From an uncultured virus (IMG/VR IMGVR_UViG_3300028646_000003) (lineage: Duplodnaviria > Heunggongvirae > Uroviricota > Caudoviricetes): a stretch of 20,000 bases of DNA. Below the pieces are notes generated by a model that was not told where the DNA came from, made no database searches, and saw only the letters and a program-made list of their open reading frames with translations. The stretch lies in the IMG/VR virus record IMGVR_UViG_3300028646_000003, positions 110,086 to 130,085 of that record. One strand, written 5' to 3'. The translations under genes and the position numbers were made by a program. Shown here piece after piece: positions 9,055 to 17,215 of the stretch (the stretch's first letter is position 1; each line of letters starts with the position of its first letter).

Positions 9055-10416
9055 TTAATTAGCAACTTCTAATTTTTTTAATATTTTATTACTTCTATAT
9101 TGTTCTTCTAACTGTTCGTCAAATGCTCCTTCAAAAAATCTAATTAAGAACTCATCAAACTGACTATGTGTATTTCTTCCATATCCATAATTTTGATGAA
9201 ATATTTTATGATATTCTTCTTTCATACATTTCCCTAATGGATACCTGTAATGAATTTCTGTACATTTACATATAATTTGTTTTATTTCCATATCTGTATA
9301 ATTACTTATAGTTTCATATATAGGTAATTTTAATTCTTCTAAAGTATCTCTAACTATATTATCAAAACTATATAAGTGATGAATATGATCAAACCTTTCC
9401 CCTGTAATAATACATTTGAAATTGCATTCTTTCATACTATCTAATTTCCATTGGTTAATATTTCTTCTTAATTCATTTTCTATATTACTAATTCCACCTT
9501 TATAATTAGGATTTAAACTACCAAATCTTGCAGAACCAAACATTGGATTATTTTCGCCTTTTGATTTTCCATTTTTAAGTCGAGTCTCACTTATTTTATT
9601 TCTCCATTCCTCAGTTTGTGCGTCATTTGTTGCTCTTAATTTACTTTCATCACTTTTATGTAAATTTAAACTATGAGCTTTATCCATAATTTGATTAATT
9701 GTTAAATGTGGGAAAAATTCATTCTTCATTTCATTATTGGTCATATCTGAATAATTATTTTGAATAATTATTACTTCTTCATCTTTCCATATGTATGAAT
9801 CAGATATTGCATAGTTCTCACCTTTACATTTTTTGCATACGTTTCTAAAACCATCACTACAAGTATTATCTTTTGGAAAATATAAAAATTCTAATGGTAA
9901 ATATTCATTACAGCACTTGCATAATTTGTATCTTTTGCCTTTAATGTCTTTATATTTTATTTTGTCATAATCTTCTACTACATTATTTATTTTATATAAT
10001 CCTAGTTTTTTACTCATATGTAATACAGATTTTTCAGTACGATTAACGCTAAGCAATGGAATTATCTCTTTGATTATTAATTTATTATAATTAGCTATAA
10101 TAATATCTTTATCCCTTTGACTCCATGTATCTTTCTCATTAGAACAATTTAAACACTTAGACAAATATCCATCTTTAGCTTTAGCATATAATCCAAATTC
10201 TGATACCTCTTTTTTAATATTACAACATTTGCAAACTTTATATCCATCTTTAGCATAGAACTTTTCTCTATATTTAATTTCTTGTTCTGTTTTTGCTTTA
10301 TTCCTACAAGCTTTACATGTATTTTCAAAACTTCCATTTTTGTTTTTATAAAAATTTTCCTCGTTTAATTCTTTTTCTTGTCCACATTTTTTACATTTTC
10401 TTATTTCCATAATCAA
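9055..10416 (-). CDS. Modular HNH (homing) endonuclease with Zn-finger repeats and NUMOD-like motifs
   Basis: Three CxxC...CxxC repeats, two W(S/K)xxxxxII-type repeats, TEEWRNKISETR/GENNPMFG/NPNYKGG motifs, C-terminal CIITG...HIHHLY...YHKIFHQNYG HNH-like core. Confidence 0.7.
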   Translation of the reverse strand: MIMEIRKCKKCGQEKELNEENFYKNKNGSFENTCKACRNKAKTEQEIKYREKFYAKDGYKVCKCCNIKKEVSEFGLYAKAKDGYLSKCLNCSNEKDTWSQRDKDIIIANYNKLIIKEIIPLLSVNRTEKSVLHMSKKLGLYKINNVVEDYDKIKYKDIKGKRYKLCKCCNEYLPLEFLYFPKDNTCSDGFRNVCKKCKGENYAISDSYIWKDEEVIIIQNNYSDMTNNEMKNEFFPHLTINQIMDKAHSLNLHKSDESKLRATNDAQTEEWRNKISETRLKNGKSKGENNPMFGSARFGSLNPNYKGGISNIENELRRNINQWKLDSMKECNFKCIITGERFDHIHHLYSFDNIVRDTLEELKLPIYETISNYTDMEIKQIICKCTEIHYRYPLGKCMKEEYHKIFHQNYGYGRNTHSQFDEFLIRFFEGAFDEQLEEQYRSNKILKKLEVAN

Positions 10417-10467
10417 ATTCCTCCTAAATTGCTAATATCACATAGCTCATTATTTTATAATTTATTT

Positions 10468-11136
10468 CTATAAATAACTTTTAACTTTTTCATCATCAAT
10501 TTTTACTAAACCAAATAACTTCAAACTATCTAAATCTAGTTCTTTCCCTGAAGCATAATATTCTGGATTTATGTAAATAGCTTTTTTATGACCATATTGA
10601 ACTCTTTTTAACATATTTTTATCTTCCAAAGATTTTAAAGCAGTAATTATACTTCTTTCAGTTAATCCTATAATTGGTTCTAGTTCTTTAATAGTAGGAA
10701 TATGATCATTAATTACAATACAATTAGTAGGATACTGAATGAAATCTCTCATTATATAAAATACTAGCTTTTCATTTGTATTTAATTTCATATTCATCAC
10801 TCCCTCAATTTTATTCCTATAAACTATATTGAACTCACCGTTATCAAAATTCTCCCTTGCTTTACCACTCTTTTTCCTTTTAACTTTCTTCTTAGTTAAA
10901 CTTTGTTCATTCTCTATGCCAAATTCAGTATTAGACACATAATTAGCAGTAGCAAACATTTCTGTTTTATACTTTTCTAATTTAGTTTGTATTATTTTGT
11001 CATGCTCTGATTTTGTTATAAATTCACCAGTTTCAGACTGAATAAAACTACCACCTTGTATTTCTAAAAATTTACTATCTTCTTCAATTATAAAATATCT
11101 TATTAATTCACCTATATTATTGTTTTGCATCTTCAT
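10468..11136 (-). CDS. Winged-HTH protein, RepL/MarR-like C-terminal domain
   Basis: PTIKELEPIIGLTERSIITALKSLEDKNML...AIYINPEY resembles the firmicute RepL-type HTH; AAGGAGG RBS. Confidence 0.6.
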   Translation of the reverse strand: MKMQNNNIGELIRYFIIEEDSKFLEIQGGSFIQSETGEFITKSEHDKIIQTKLEKYKTEMFATANYVSNTEFGIENEQSLTKKKVKRKKSGKARENFDNGEFNIVYRNKIEGVMNMKLNTNEKLVFYIMRDFIQYPTNCIVINDHIPTIKELEPIIGLTERSIITALKSLEDKNMLKRVQYGHKKAIYINPEYYASGKELDLDSLKLFGLVKIDDEKVKSYL

Positions 11137-11165
11137 AATGCCTCCTTAAATTTATTTTTACGCAC

Positions 11166-11216
11166 AACAAAAGACTGAATATCACAACAGTTAATACTGC
11201 ATGTAGTTCAGTCTTT
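11166..11216 (-). terminator. Terminator-like hairpin
   Basis: Inverted repeat AAAGACTGAA (11170-11179) / TTCAGTCTTT (11207-11216); on the minus strand followed by TGTTGTG. Confidence 0.45.
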
Positions 11217-11274
11217 CATACTTAATACTCATATTTAATTTATTTAACATTAGTTGTATCAGCACTTTACAAAC

Positions 11275-11571
11275 TTACTCTTCTTTGTTCTTCATATTAT
11301 TTTGAGTTCTAATAGCGTCAGCTATTACCCTTTTTATCTGTAATAATTTGTTGATATAATCTTGTAGACATATATTAGTTTTATTTTTAAAATCTTGTTC
11401 CAATTTAATCAAATCTTCTTTATAGCCTTCAATATAAAAAAATACTTTGTAATCACTTTTATATCTTTTATTTTCTTTCACCTCAATATTATTATATGTA
11501 TAACCATTAAGAAGTAAGTAAGCTACCATTTCAGATTGACTATATTTGTAATTAACTTTTTCCATATTCAA
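11275..11571 (-). CDS. Small hypothetical phage protein
   Basis: 98-aa ORF with AGGAGG RBS. Confidence 0.7.
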   Translation of the reverse strand: MNMEKVNYKYSQSEMVAYLLLNGYTYNNIEVKENKRYKSDYKVFFYIEGYKEDLIKLEQDFKNKTNICLQDYINKLLQIKRVIADAIRTQNNMKNKEE

Positions 11572-11728
11572 ATTCCTCCTATATAATTTATTTTAGGTAT
11601 TCTACAAGATAATTTTACCATATAGAATACTAATTTACAATACTTTATTACATTAATTTATTATTTCTAGCTATCCACCTAATAGGCAAATATCATAAAA
11701 ACAATAAGCATTATACGTTAAAAATAGA

Positions 11729-11767
11729 CTAGACAACAACTCATCTAGACAACAACTCATCTAGACA
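11729..11767. repeat. Tandem direct repeat, 16-bp unit CTAGACAACAACTCAT x about 2.4
   Basis: ctagacaacaactcat (11729-11744), ctagacaacaactcat (11745-11760), ctagaca (11761-11767). Confidence 0.9.
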
Positions 11768-11869
11768 CCTTAAAACCATATTAAATTAATTATATGTTGT
11801 AAGTAATCTTTGATTACGCCACAACAAATCATGCTTTAGCATGACAACCCCGTAGAGTATAATAATCTA

Positions 11870-12484
11870 TTAATTACCTTGCTTCATATCTTGTAATACT
11901 TTAATTTGCTTTAATATATTTTCCCTTGATAACGTTGTATTTTTATTCTTAGGTGTTTCAGCGTATTCAATCATTAATTCTTCTATTTGAGTATCACAAA
12001 AACTACTACGAGTAATTTTAGACTGTCTACTATCTATATATTCAATATTATCATTAGTAATCATGCAATATATTTGTTTAACGTCCATAGGTTTTAATAT
12101 ACTATCAATATATTCTTTATTTAAATAACATTCGTCAAAGAAAGCAATTTCAATATTTCTACACGCTTTAAATTGAGTATTAGGATTAATATAAAACACT
12201 TCTAATTTGTTACCATCATTAAATTCTATAGAATCCCTTTCTCTAGATGATTTATATAATTTTATAGAATTACTTTCTTTATATGTGTATTCTTTAAAAT
12301 AATCTTGTAGTATTCTACTTGAAAATGGTGAAATATATAAATACTTCCCGTTCTTATTCTCTATGATCTTCCTAAACACAGAATAAGTTTTTCCTTCTCC
12401 TCGTTCCCAATTACATACTACAATTTCCTTTTTACTATTTAACATTTTGTCTTGATAAACTCTCATCTCACTCATTTTTATCAA
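11870..12484 (-). CDS. Small P-loop protein resembling a terminase ATPase N-terminal domain
   Basis: VVCNWERGEGKT (Walker A-like), YLYISP, IAFFDE (Walker B-like); 204 aa, no nuclease domain. Confidence 0.6.
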   Translation of the reverse strand: MIKMSEMRVYQDKMLNSKKEIVVCNWERGEGKTYSVFRKIIENKNGKYLYISPFSSRILQDYFKEYTYKESNSIKLYKSSRERDSIEFNDGNKLEVFYINPNTQFKACRNIEIAFFDECYLNKEYIDSILKPMDVKQIYCMITNDNIEYIDSRQSKITRSSFCDTQIEELMIEYAETPKNKNTTLSRENILKQIKVLQDMKQGN

Positions 12485-12631
12485 ACTCCTTCTTATATAA
12501 TCTTTATTTACCTATCCATCTTGATAAGCATAACTAAAATTACATATAAAAAGGACTAGATATATTTCAACCTAATCCTAATAAGGACATAAAATTTTAC
12601 TTTTAACTGCTTTTTATATTAATTTATTAAC

Positions 12632-13261
12632 TTAAATATGATCAATACTTTCTCTAACGTCCTTTAAACAATCATCGAATCCTTCTTCGTAGCCCATCTC
12701 AATAGCATCAGAAATTGTATCTTTAATTAAATTATAGATATTTCCAACTAAGTATTTGTCTAAATCCAGTTCGTCAATGCTTGATAAAAGTTCTTCAAAT
12801 AAAATCTCTGTTGTATCTTCTTCTTCAATTTCTTTTTCGTAATCTTCGTCGTCACTATATTCACAATTATCGCAGTCATAATTACATTCTTCTTCTGAAT
12901 CATTTTCATATGTACATTCAACTAACATTACCATTCCAGAAAACTTCTTTATATCAATGCAATCAGCTAAATCGGAGTCTATAAAAACAATATCACTATC
13001 ATCTTCTAATGTTTCTCCATCTTTACTGAAGACTTTTTCTATAAAATATTCTATTTCTCCATCTTCATAAATGTTTTTAGCAATTGCTAATATATCATTT
13101 TCTTCTATTAGATTTTCAACATAATCAAAATCAGCTTCACAGAATTGAACTCCATCTTCCATTAATTCTAAAACTGTTTCACCAATTTCTATGCCATCAC
13201 CAATAAATACTGTACCTGATTCTTCTGAATTTAGTATCATTTCTTTAATTAATTCTTGCAT
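12632..13261 (-). CDS. Highly acidic hypothetical protein with CxxxCxxC motif
   Basis: 209 aa, very D/E-rich, ECNYDCDNCE; GAGGGAG RBS. Confidence 0.75.
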   Translation of the reverse strand: MQELIKEMILNSEESGTVFIGDGIEIGETVLELMEDGVQFCEADFDYVENLIEENDILAIAKNIYEDGEIEYFIEKVFSKDGETLEDDSDIVFIDSDLADCIDIKKFSGMVMLVECTYENDSEEECNYDCDNCEYSDDEDYEKEIEEEDTTEILFEELLSSIDELDLDKYLVGNIYNLIKDTISDAIEMGYEEGFDDCLKDVRESIDHI

Positions 13262-13299
13262 TTTTTATTATCTCCCTCACTTATAATATTTAATTTATT

Positions 13300-13650
13300 T
13301 TATACTTGACTATCATCTTGAATATCTTGTTTAATTTTTGTGGCTTCTAAATTCATTCTACCTGTACTTTCATTAAGAATATATTGAAAAGCATCAGCAT
13401 TATTTACTCCTACAGATACTAATCCGATAAATTGCCCACAAGCAAAACTAATATCTTTCAAACCTTTTTTAAATATATCTTCGTCTAATTCAAATCCATT
13501 TAACTCATCAGTATTGATTTCAATCCTAGGTGTTATTTCTTCTATAATATCTAAAACTTCATCTTTACTATAATATTCTTGTTCTTCCATAGGCTGATTT
13601 GGTTCTATTTCTTCAACTTTATTTAACTCTTCTTTACACATAATTCTCAC
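13300..13650 (-). CDS. Hypothetical acidic protein
   Basis: 116-aa ORF (start GTG 13650 or ATG 13641), co-oriented within the operon. Confidence 0.7.
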   Translation of the reverse strand: MRIMCKEELNKVEEIEPNQPMEEQEYYSKDEVLDIIEEITPRIEINTDELNGFELDEDIFKKGLKDISFACGQFIGLVSVGVNNADAFQYILNESTGRMNLEATKIKQDIQDDSQV

Positions 13651-13659
13651 CTATATCCT

Positions 13660-14256
13660 TTATATAATTATTTCATCAGCAACATTTAATTTTAAAGCAG
13701 TAGCACCATCCATATAAAAGTCTTTATTACTCTTTGTATAGCTATCAAATTGTTCTTTAGTTATACCTGTTTTCTCAGTTATTAAATCAACTATTAACTT
13801 GTACCATCTATCGCATTGCTCTCTATCATTTACAGTATCTTGATATGTCTCAGTACCGTATCTAAATCTATTCCATTGGTGTCACATTAAATCACTTCTC
13901 TTATATACAAATCTTTTAGATCCACATATAAATATTTTGAATGCCATTGAATAAGCATAGCTTGTACAATATGTATGAATTTCTATCCCTTTATTAATGT
14001 AATATTCCATTAGGTCACAAAAATGCATTCCATCAACTAAACTTCCTCCTGGAGAAGCTATGATTAATTTTATTGGTGTTCTATCTTCCTTGCTCAATGA
14101 TAGTTGTTTAGTGGCAAGTTTCTTTAATTGTCTTGATAACATTATTATAAATTCAGTTGTAATTTCATCATCAATATATAGTGTATTATTATCTTTGTAA
14201 TCTACTAATTTGATTTCTTCTAGCAATAAATTCCGTTGTTGATATACTTCTCCCAT
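13660..14256 (-). CDS. ClpP-like protease with an in-frame TGA (13882-13884) just before the catalytic His; 198 codons if read through
   Basis: PIKLIIASPGGSL, AYSMAF (catalytic Ser), KRFVYKRSDLM*HQW, continuing in frame ...EKTGITKEQFDSYTKSNKDFYMDGATALKLNVADEIII-TAA, which matches the ClpP C-terminal D.YM...A...G..D.I pattern. Confidence 0.85.
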
Positions 14257-14286
14257 AACTTTTCACCATTAATCCTTTATTTTATT

Positions 14287-15522
14287 TTAATTGATTTGTA
14301 AATTTATATCTCTTATATATTCAACTCCATCATAGTTAACTAAAATTAGAGTTTGACTTGCATGTGTTGTACATTGAAGTTTGTCCACACTATATGGATT
14401 CATACCAAATAATGAACCTATAGTTGTTACGTACCCACCATTATTTTGTGAACTTACACCAAAATTATGATAATGTCCTCTTATTAACATAGCATACTTT
14501 ATATTATTCATACTTGTTTCTGTGTCATAGAATTTCTTATCTTCTTTAGGACTTTTATCACCATGTTTAACTTTTATAACTCCAAAACCTAAGTCAAACT
14601 CTCCACAATCTTCTTTAAAATCAATATCACAAACGTTGACTCTATCATTCTTAGCTAAAGTAAACCACTTCTTTAAATTCTTAACTATGGTATAATTGTT
14701 GTTATCTCCTTCAATATTTCCATCTTTATAAGCTTGGTTTCCACGCTGATGGTTTCCACCTACTGAATATAAGTCTACATTTACCTTCATTTCTGATATA
14801 CTTGTAATAAATCCATATAGCAATTCCTCAGCCATAACAATCTGTTCATTACTATTAAATTCACAACTATATGATTGATCTTGTCCACGCATATAAATTC
14901 CTTCAGTTAAATCTCCAGCTTGCACTACTATAACTTTAGATATATCATTTTTATGTATTTCTTTTTCTATTTCAGATAAGAATCTAGATAATCTCTTTTT
15001 AGCTATTTCATAATTATAACTATTTCCTCTATAATCCTTAATAATGTATCCTATATGCCAATCTGAAATGCAACAAATTAGTGTTTTTTCTGATTCATCT
15101 TCAATTCTTTTATAAGATAAAGGTAGAAAGTTTTCACATTCTCTATCAATATACTCATTTATGTAATTTGCAATTTCAATATTCTTTATAAAGTCTTTCT
15201 TTATTCTGTTAAGTTTATTAGTATCATTACGAATTAATTGCTTTTTAACATCTAACTCACCAATCAATTCAGTGACTTCGTCTATTTTATTTTTTACTGC
15301 TTTATCACCTTTTAAAGATTCCAAACATTCAGCACACGCAATTTCATAAATTTTATATATACCACGGAAATAACTCTCTTGGAAGTCAGTTCCAAGTTCT
15401 TGATTAATTACTTCTGCAATTTCTCTATTAATCATATTAAATTGTGTTTTGTTAGAATACATTCTATGTATATATTTTTCTCTTGACTCGATTTCCGATT
15501 TTAAATATCTTTCATCTTCCAT
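14287..15522 (-). CDS. Calcineurin-like metallophosphoesterase
   Basis: Motifs ISDWHIG, AGDLTEG, GGNH, KHGD, RGHYH; N-terminal coiled-coil extension. Confidence 0.85.
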   Translation of the reverse strand: MEDERYLKSEIESREKYIHRMYSNKTQFNMINREIAEVINQELGTDFQESYFRGIYKIYEIACAECLESLKGDKAVKNKIDEVTELIGELDVKKQLIRNDTNKLNRIKKDFIKNIEIANYINEYIDRECENFLPLSYKRIEDESEKTLICCISDWHIGYIIKDYRGNSYNYEIAKKRLSRFLSEIEKEIHKNDISKVIVVQAGDLTEGIYMRGQDQSYSCEFNSNEQIVMAEELLYGFITSISEMKVNVDLYSVGGNHQRGNQAYKDGNIEGDNNNYTIVKNLKKWFTLAKNDRVNVCDIDFKEDCGEFDLGFGVIKVKHGDKSPKEDKKFYDTETSMNNIKYAMLIRGHYHNFGVSSQNNGGYVTTIGSLFGMNPYSVDKLQCTTHASQTLILVNYDGVEYIRDINLQIN

Positions 15523-15565
15523 AATAATTCTCCCTCATTATTATTTTACTTTCATAATTTGTTTT

Positions 15566-15772
15566 CTAAAGCTTTATAATATCTGTACTTTCTCCACATT
15601 TATTGCAATAAAAAATATATTCTTCATTTGTGCCTATCTTTTCAAAATCCTGCAAAGACACTTTTTCATCAATATCTATATTACTTTTGCAATTCTTACA
15701 TTTAACATCTTTATACTTTTTGTGTTGTTTCTTTTTATCTTTATTACTCATTCTTCCATCTTCTTTTAACAT
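15566..15772 (-). CDS. Small Zn-ribbon protein
   Basis: CKNC...CNKC; start may be the downstream Met (MSNKDK). Confidence 0.65.
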   Translation of the reverse strand: MLKEDGRMSNKDKKKQHKKYKDVKCKNCKSNIDIDEKVSLQDFEKIGTNEEYIFYCNKCGESTDIIKL

Positions 15773-15820
15773 CTCATATCTTCCCTTTACTCTTTAATTT
15801 TTAATTAATTTTAAATACAT

Positions 15821-15853
15821 TAAAAGCTCATAACATCACATGCAATGAGTTTT
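15821..15853 (-). terminator. Terminator-like hairpin
   Basis: Inverted repeat AAAAGCTCAT / ATGAGTTTT, U-rich on the minus-strand 3' side. Confidence 0.35.
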
Positions 15854-16096
15854 ATCATATATTTAATTTATTTCCTATTCATTTTACTATTTACATATTG
15901 CACATTTAAGTTTATAATATAAATTGGTATATTATACAATAAACTTATCTGGAACAATATTTAATCCCTATCCGTAATGTTCTATTCATCTAATCCCATA
16001 GGGTAAAACTCTTGTACTTCGAGTTTCATATAATCGGAAGCTTTTCCAGTTAACAAAGAACTATCGTAATTCATTAATCCTGTTGAAGGCTTTATT

Positions 16097-16186
16097 TGGA
16101 GGAGAGTGAGGGATTCTAACCCTCGATACGAATAAACGTATGCTGATTTAGCAAACCAGTGCATTCGGACACTCTGCCAACTCTCC
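16097..16186 (-). tRNA. tRNA-Ser(GCT), long variable arm, encoded CCA
   Basis: Acceptor GGAGAGT/ACTCTCC; anticodon arm CTGGT-TTGCTAA-ATCAG; variable arm ATACG-TTTATT-CGTAT; T arm GAGGG-TTAGAAT-CCCTC; 3' end TCCA. Confidence 0.92.
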
Positions 16187-16189
16187 GTG

Positions 16190-16860
16190 TAATGTGATAT
16201 TATTATTTAACCTCCCATATATCACAAAAGGGAATACATCTTTTTTGTTAGAGCCATCATAACTCAATTCATTATTTGTGTGGATATATTCCAACCCAAT
16301 ATCTAATCATTCTAGAATGAACAATTAGTCACGATGGTACAGCTAGAATGCCTCCATCTATCAATACAATGTATTTTTGTCGCACATTGTGAAGCGTATT
16401 TGTATCATAGGTTTTTATTTTTCAAGATCAAATCTCTAGTTACACCTAAGTTTACCTAAAACTCTAAATAAGACTCCATATTTACCCGTAACAAGGCAAA
16501 TACTTCATTGTCGTTCTCTCAACTTAAAGTATTGAGTATGAGGTAAGTATATTACCAACTAATAAAATTCACTGTTTGTAGTATTTAGTATGTTATTAGT
16601 AAATTTTTAGTATTGATTTCCTTATTCCCACTTGGGCAAAATTCTTCTTTGTCTGAGTTTCTAACTCACTTCAATATTTGTTGGGAATCTATACCTCGTT
16701 CTTTATAATCTTTGAATAACAGACTATGTATTACCCAATAGCCAAGCAAATCATGGTATTATTATTCCCCCACTAGGGAAAGGATCGTTATTCTTTTACT
16801 CCTTATAAAACAGTTCTTTTAATGAAAGGTCACGTCTATTTCTAGTACATGCCTTTGTTC
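16190..16860 (-). ncRNA. Candidate large structured non-coding RNA upstream of the tRNA
   Basis: About 670 nt with no ORF of 60 aa or more in a gene-dense operon; many hairpins (e.g. TATTTGCC/GGTAAATA, TGAGTT/AACTCA, TTCCC/GGGAA, CTCAAT/GTTGAG, AAAGG-CATGT/ACGTG-ACCTTT). Family not identifiable by eye. Confidence 0.35.
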
Positions 16861-16865
16861 ACATT

Positions 16866-17057
16866 TTATTCTTCAGATGGTATATCATTATCCTTTTTAA
16901 TTGTTACAGTTAGTCCGTCTTCTCCAATCCATTTTCTAATTTGATTTGTTAGATTGTATGTTTTAGAATCATCTTTTCCAACTTCTGTAATCTTAAATTC
17001 TCCATCTTCCTCAGTTATTACTGCTTTTGAAAAACTTACATTTTTAGTTTCTTTCAT
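16866..17057 (-). CDS. YonK-like small phage protein
   Basis: 63 aa; ITEVGKDDSKTYNL...GEDGLTVTIKKDNDIP resembles SPbeta YonK in size and pattern; AAGGTGGAG RBS. Confidence 0.6.
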   Translation of the reverse strand: MKETKNVSFSKAVITEEDGEFKITEVGKDDSKTYNLTNQIRKWIGEDGLTVTIKKDNDIPSEE

Positions 17058-17059
17058 AA

Positions 17060-17182
17060 TTATTTCTCCACCTTTTCGTTATTCTTTTTCTTTTCATTTA
17101 ACATTTTAATTGGTTGGTTTTGTAAATTATTTAAGGACTGATAGTTAAATCCTGATAATGTACGCTTAGTTGAATTTTTCAT
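17060..17182 (-). CDS. Small 40-aa ORF below the track cutoff
   Basis: AAGGAGAG RBS, then MKNSTKRTLSGFNYQSLNNLQNQPIKMLNEKKKNNEKVEK-TAA; fills the gap between the MBL and YonK-like genes. Confidence 0.5.
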   Translation of the reverse strand: MKNSTKRTLSGFNYQSLNNLQNQPIKMLNEKKKNNEKVEK

Positions 17183-17215
17183 TCTATTTCTCTCCTTATT
17201 TCTACATTAATTTGT

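Noticed and set aside
10149..10337. 62-aa minus-strand ORF
   Set aside because: Alternative frame nested within the HNH gene
11729..11767. CRISPR array
   Set aside because: Direct tandem repeat with no spacers, 16-bp unit, no cas genes
11729..11850. 6-7 nt matches (GACAAC, GACACC, TGACAAC) to the TerL site 2 and ClpP sites as antisense guides
   Set aside because: Too short to distinguish from chance
15900..15945. Possible sigma-A promoter on the minus strand (TTGTAT-17-TATAAA)
   Set aside because: Such matches are frequent at this AT content; no independent support
15982..16164. 60-aa minus-strand ORF
   Set aside because: Starts inside the tRNA-Ser gene; no RBS
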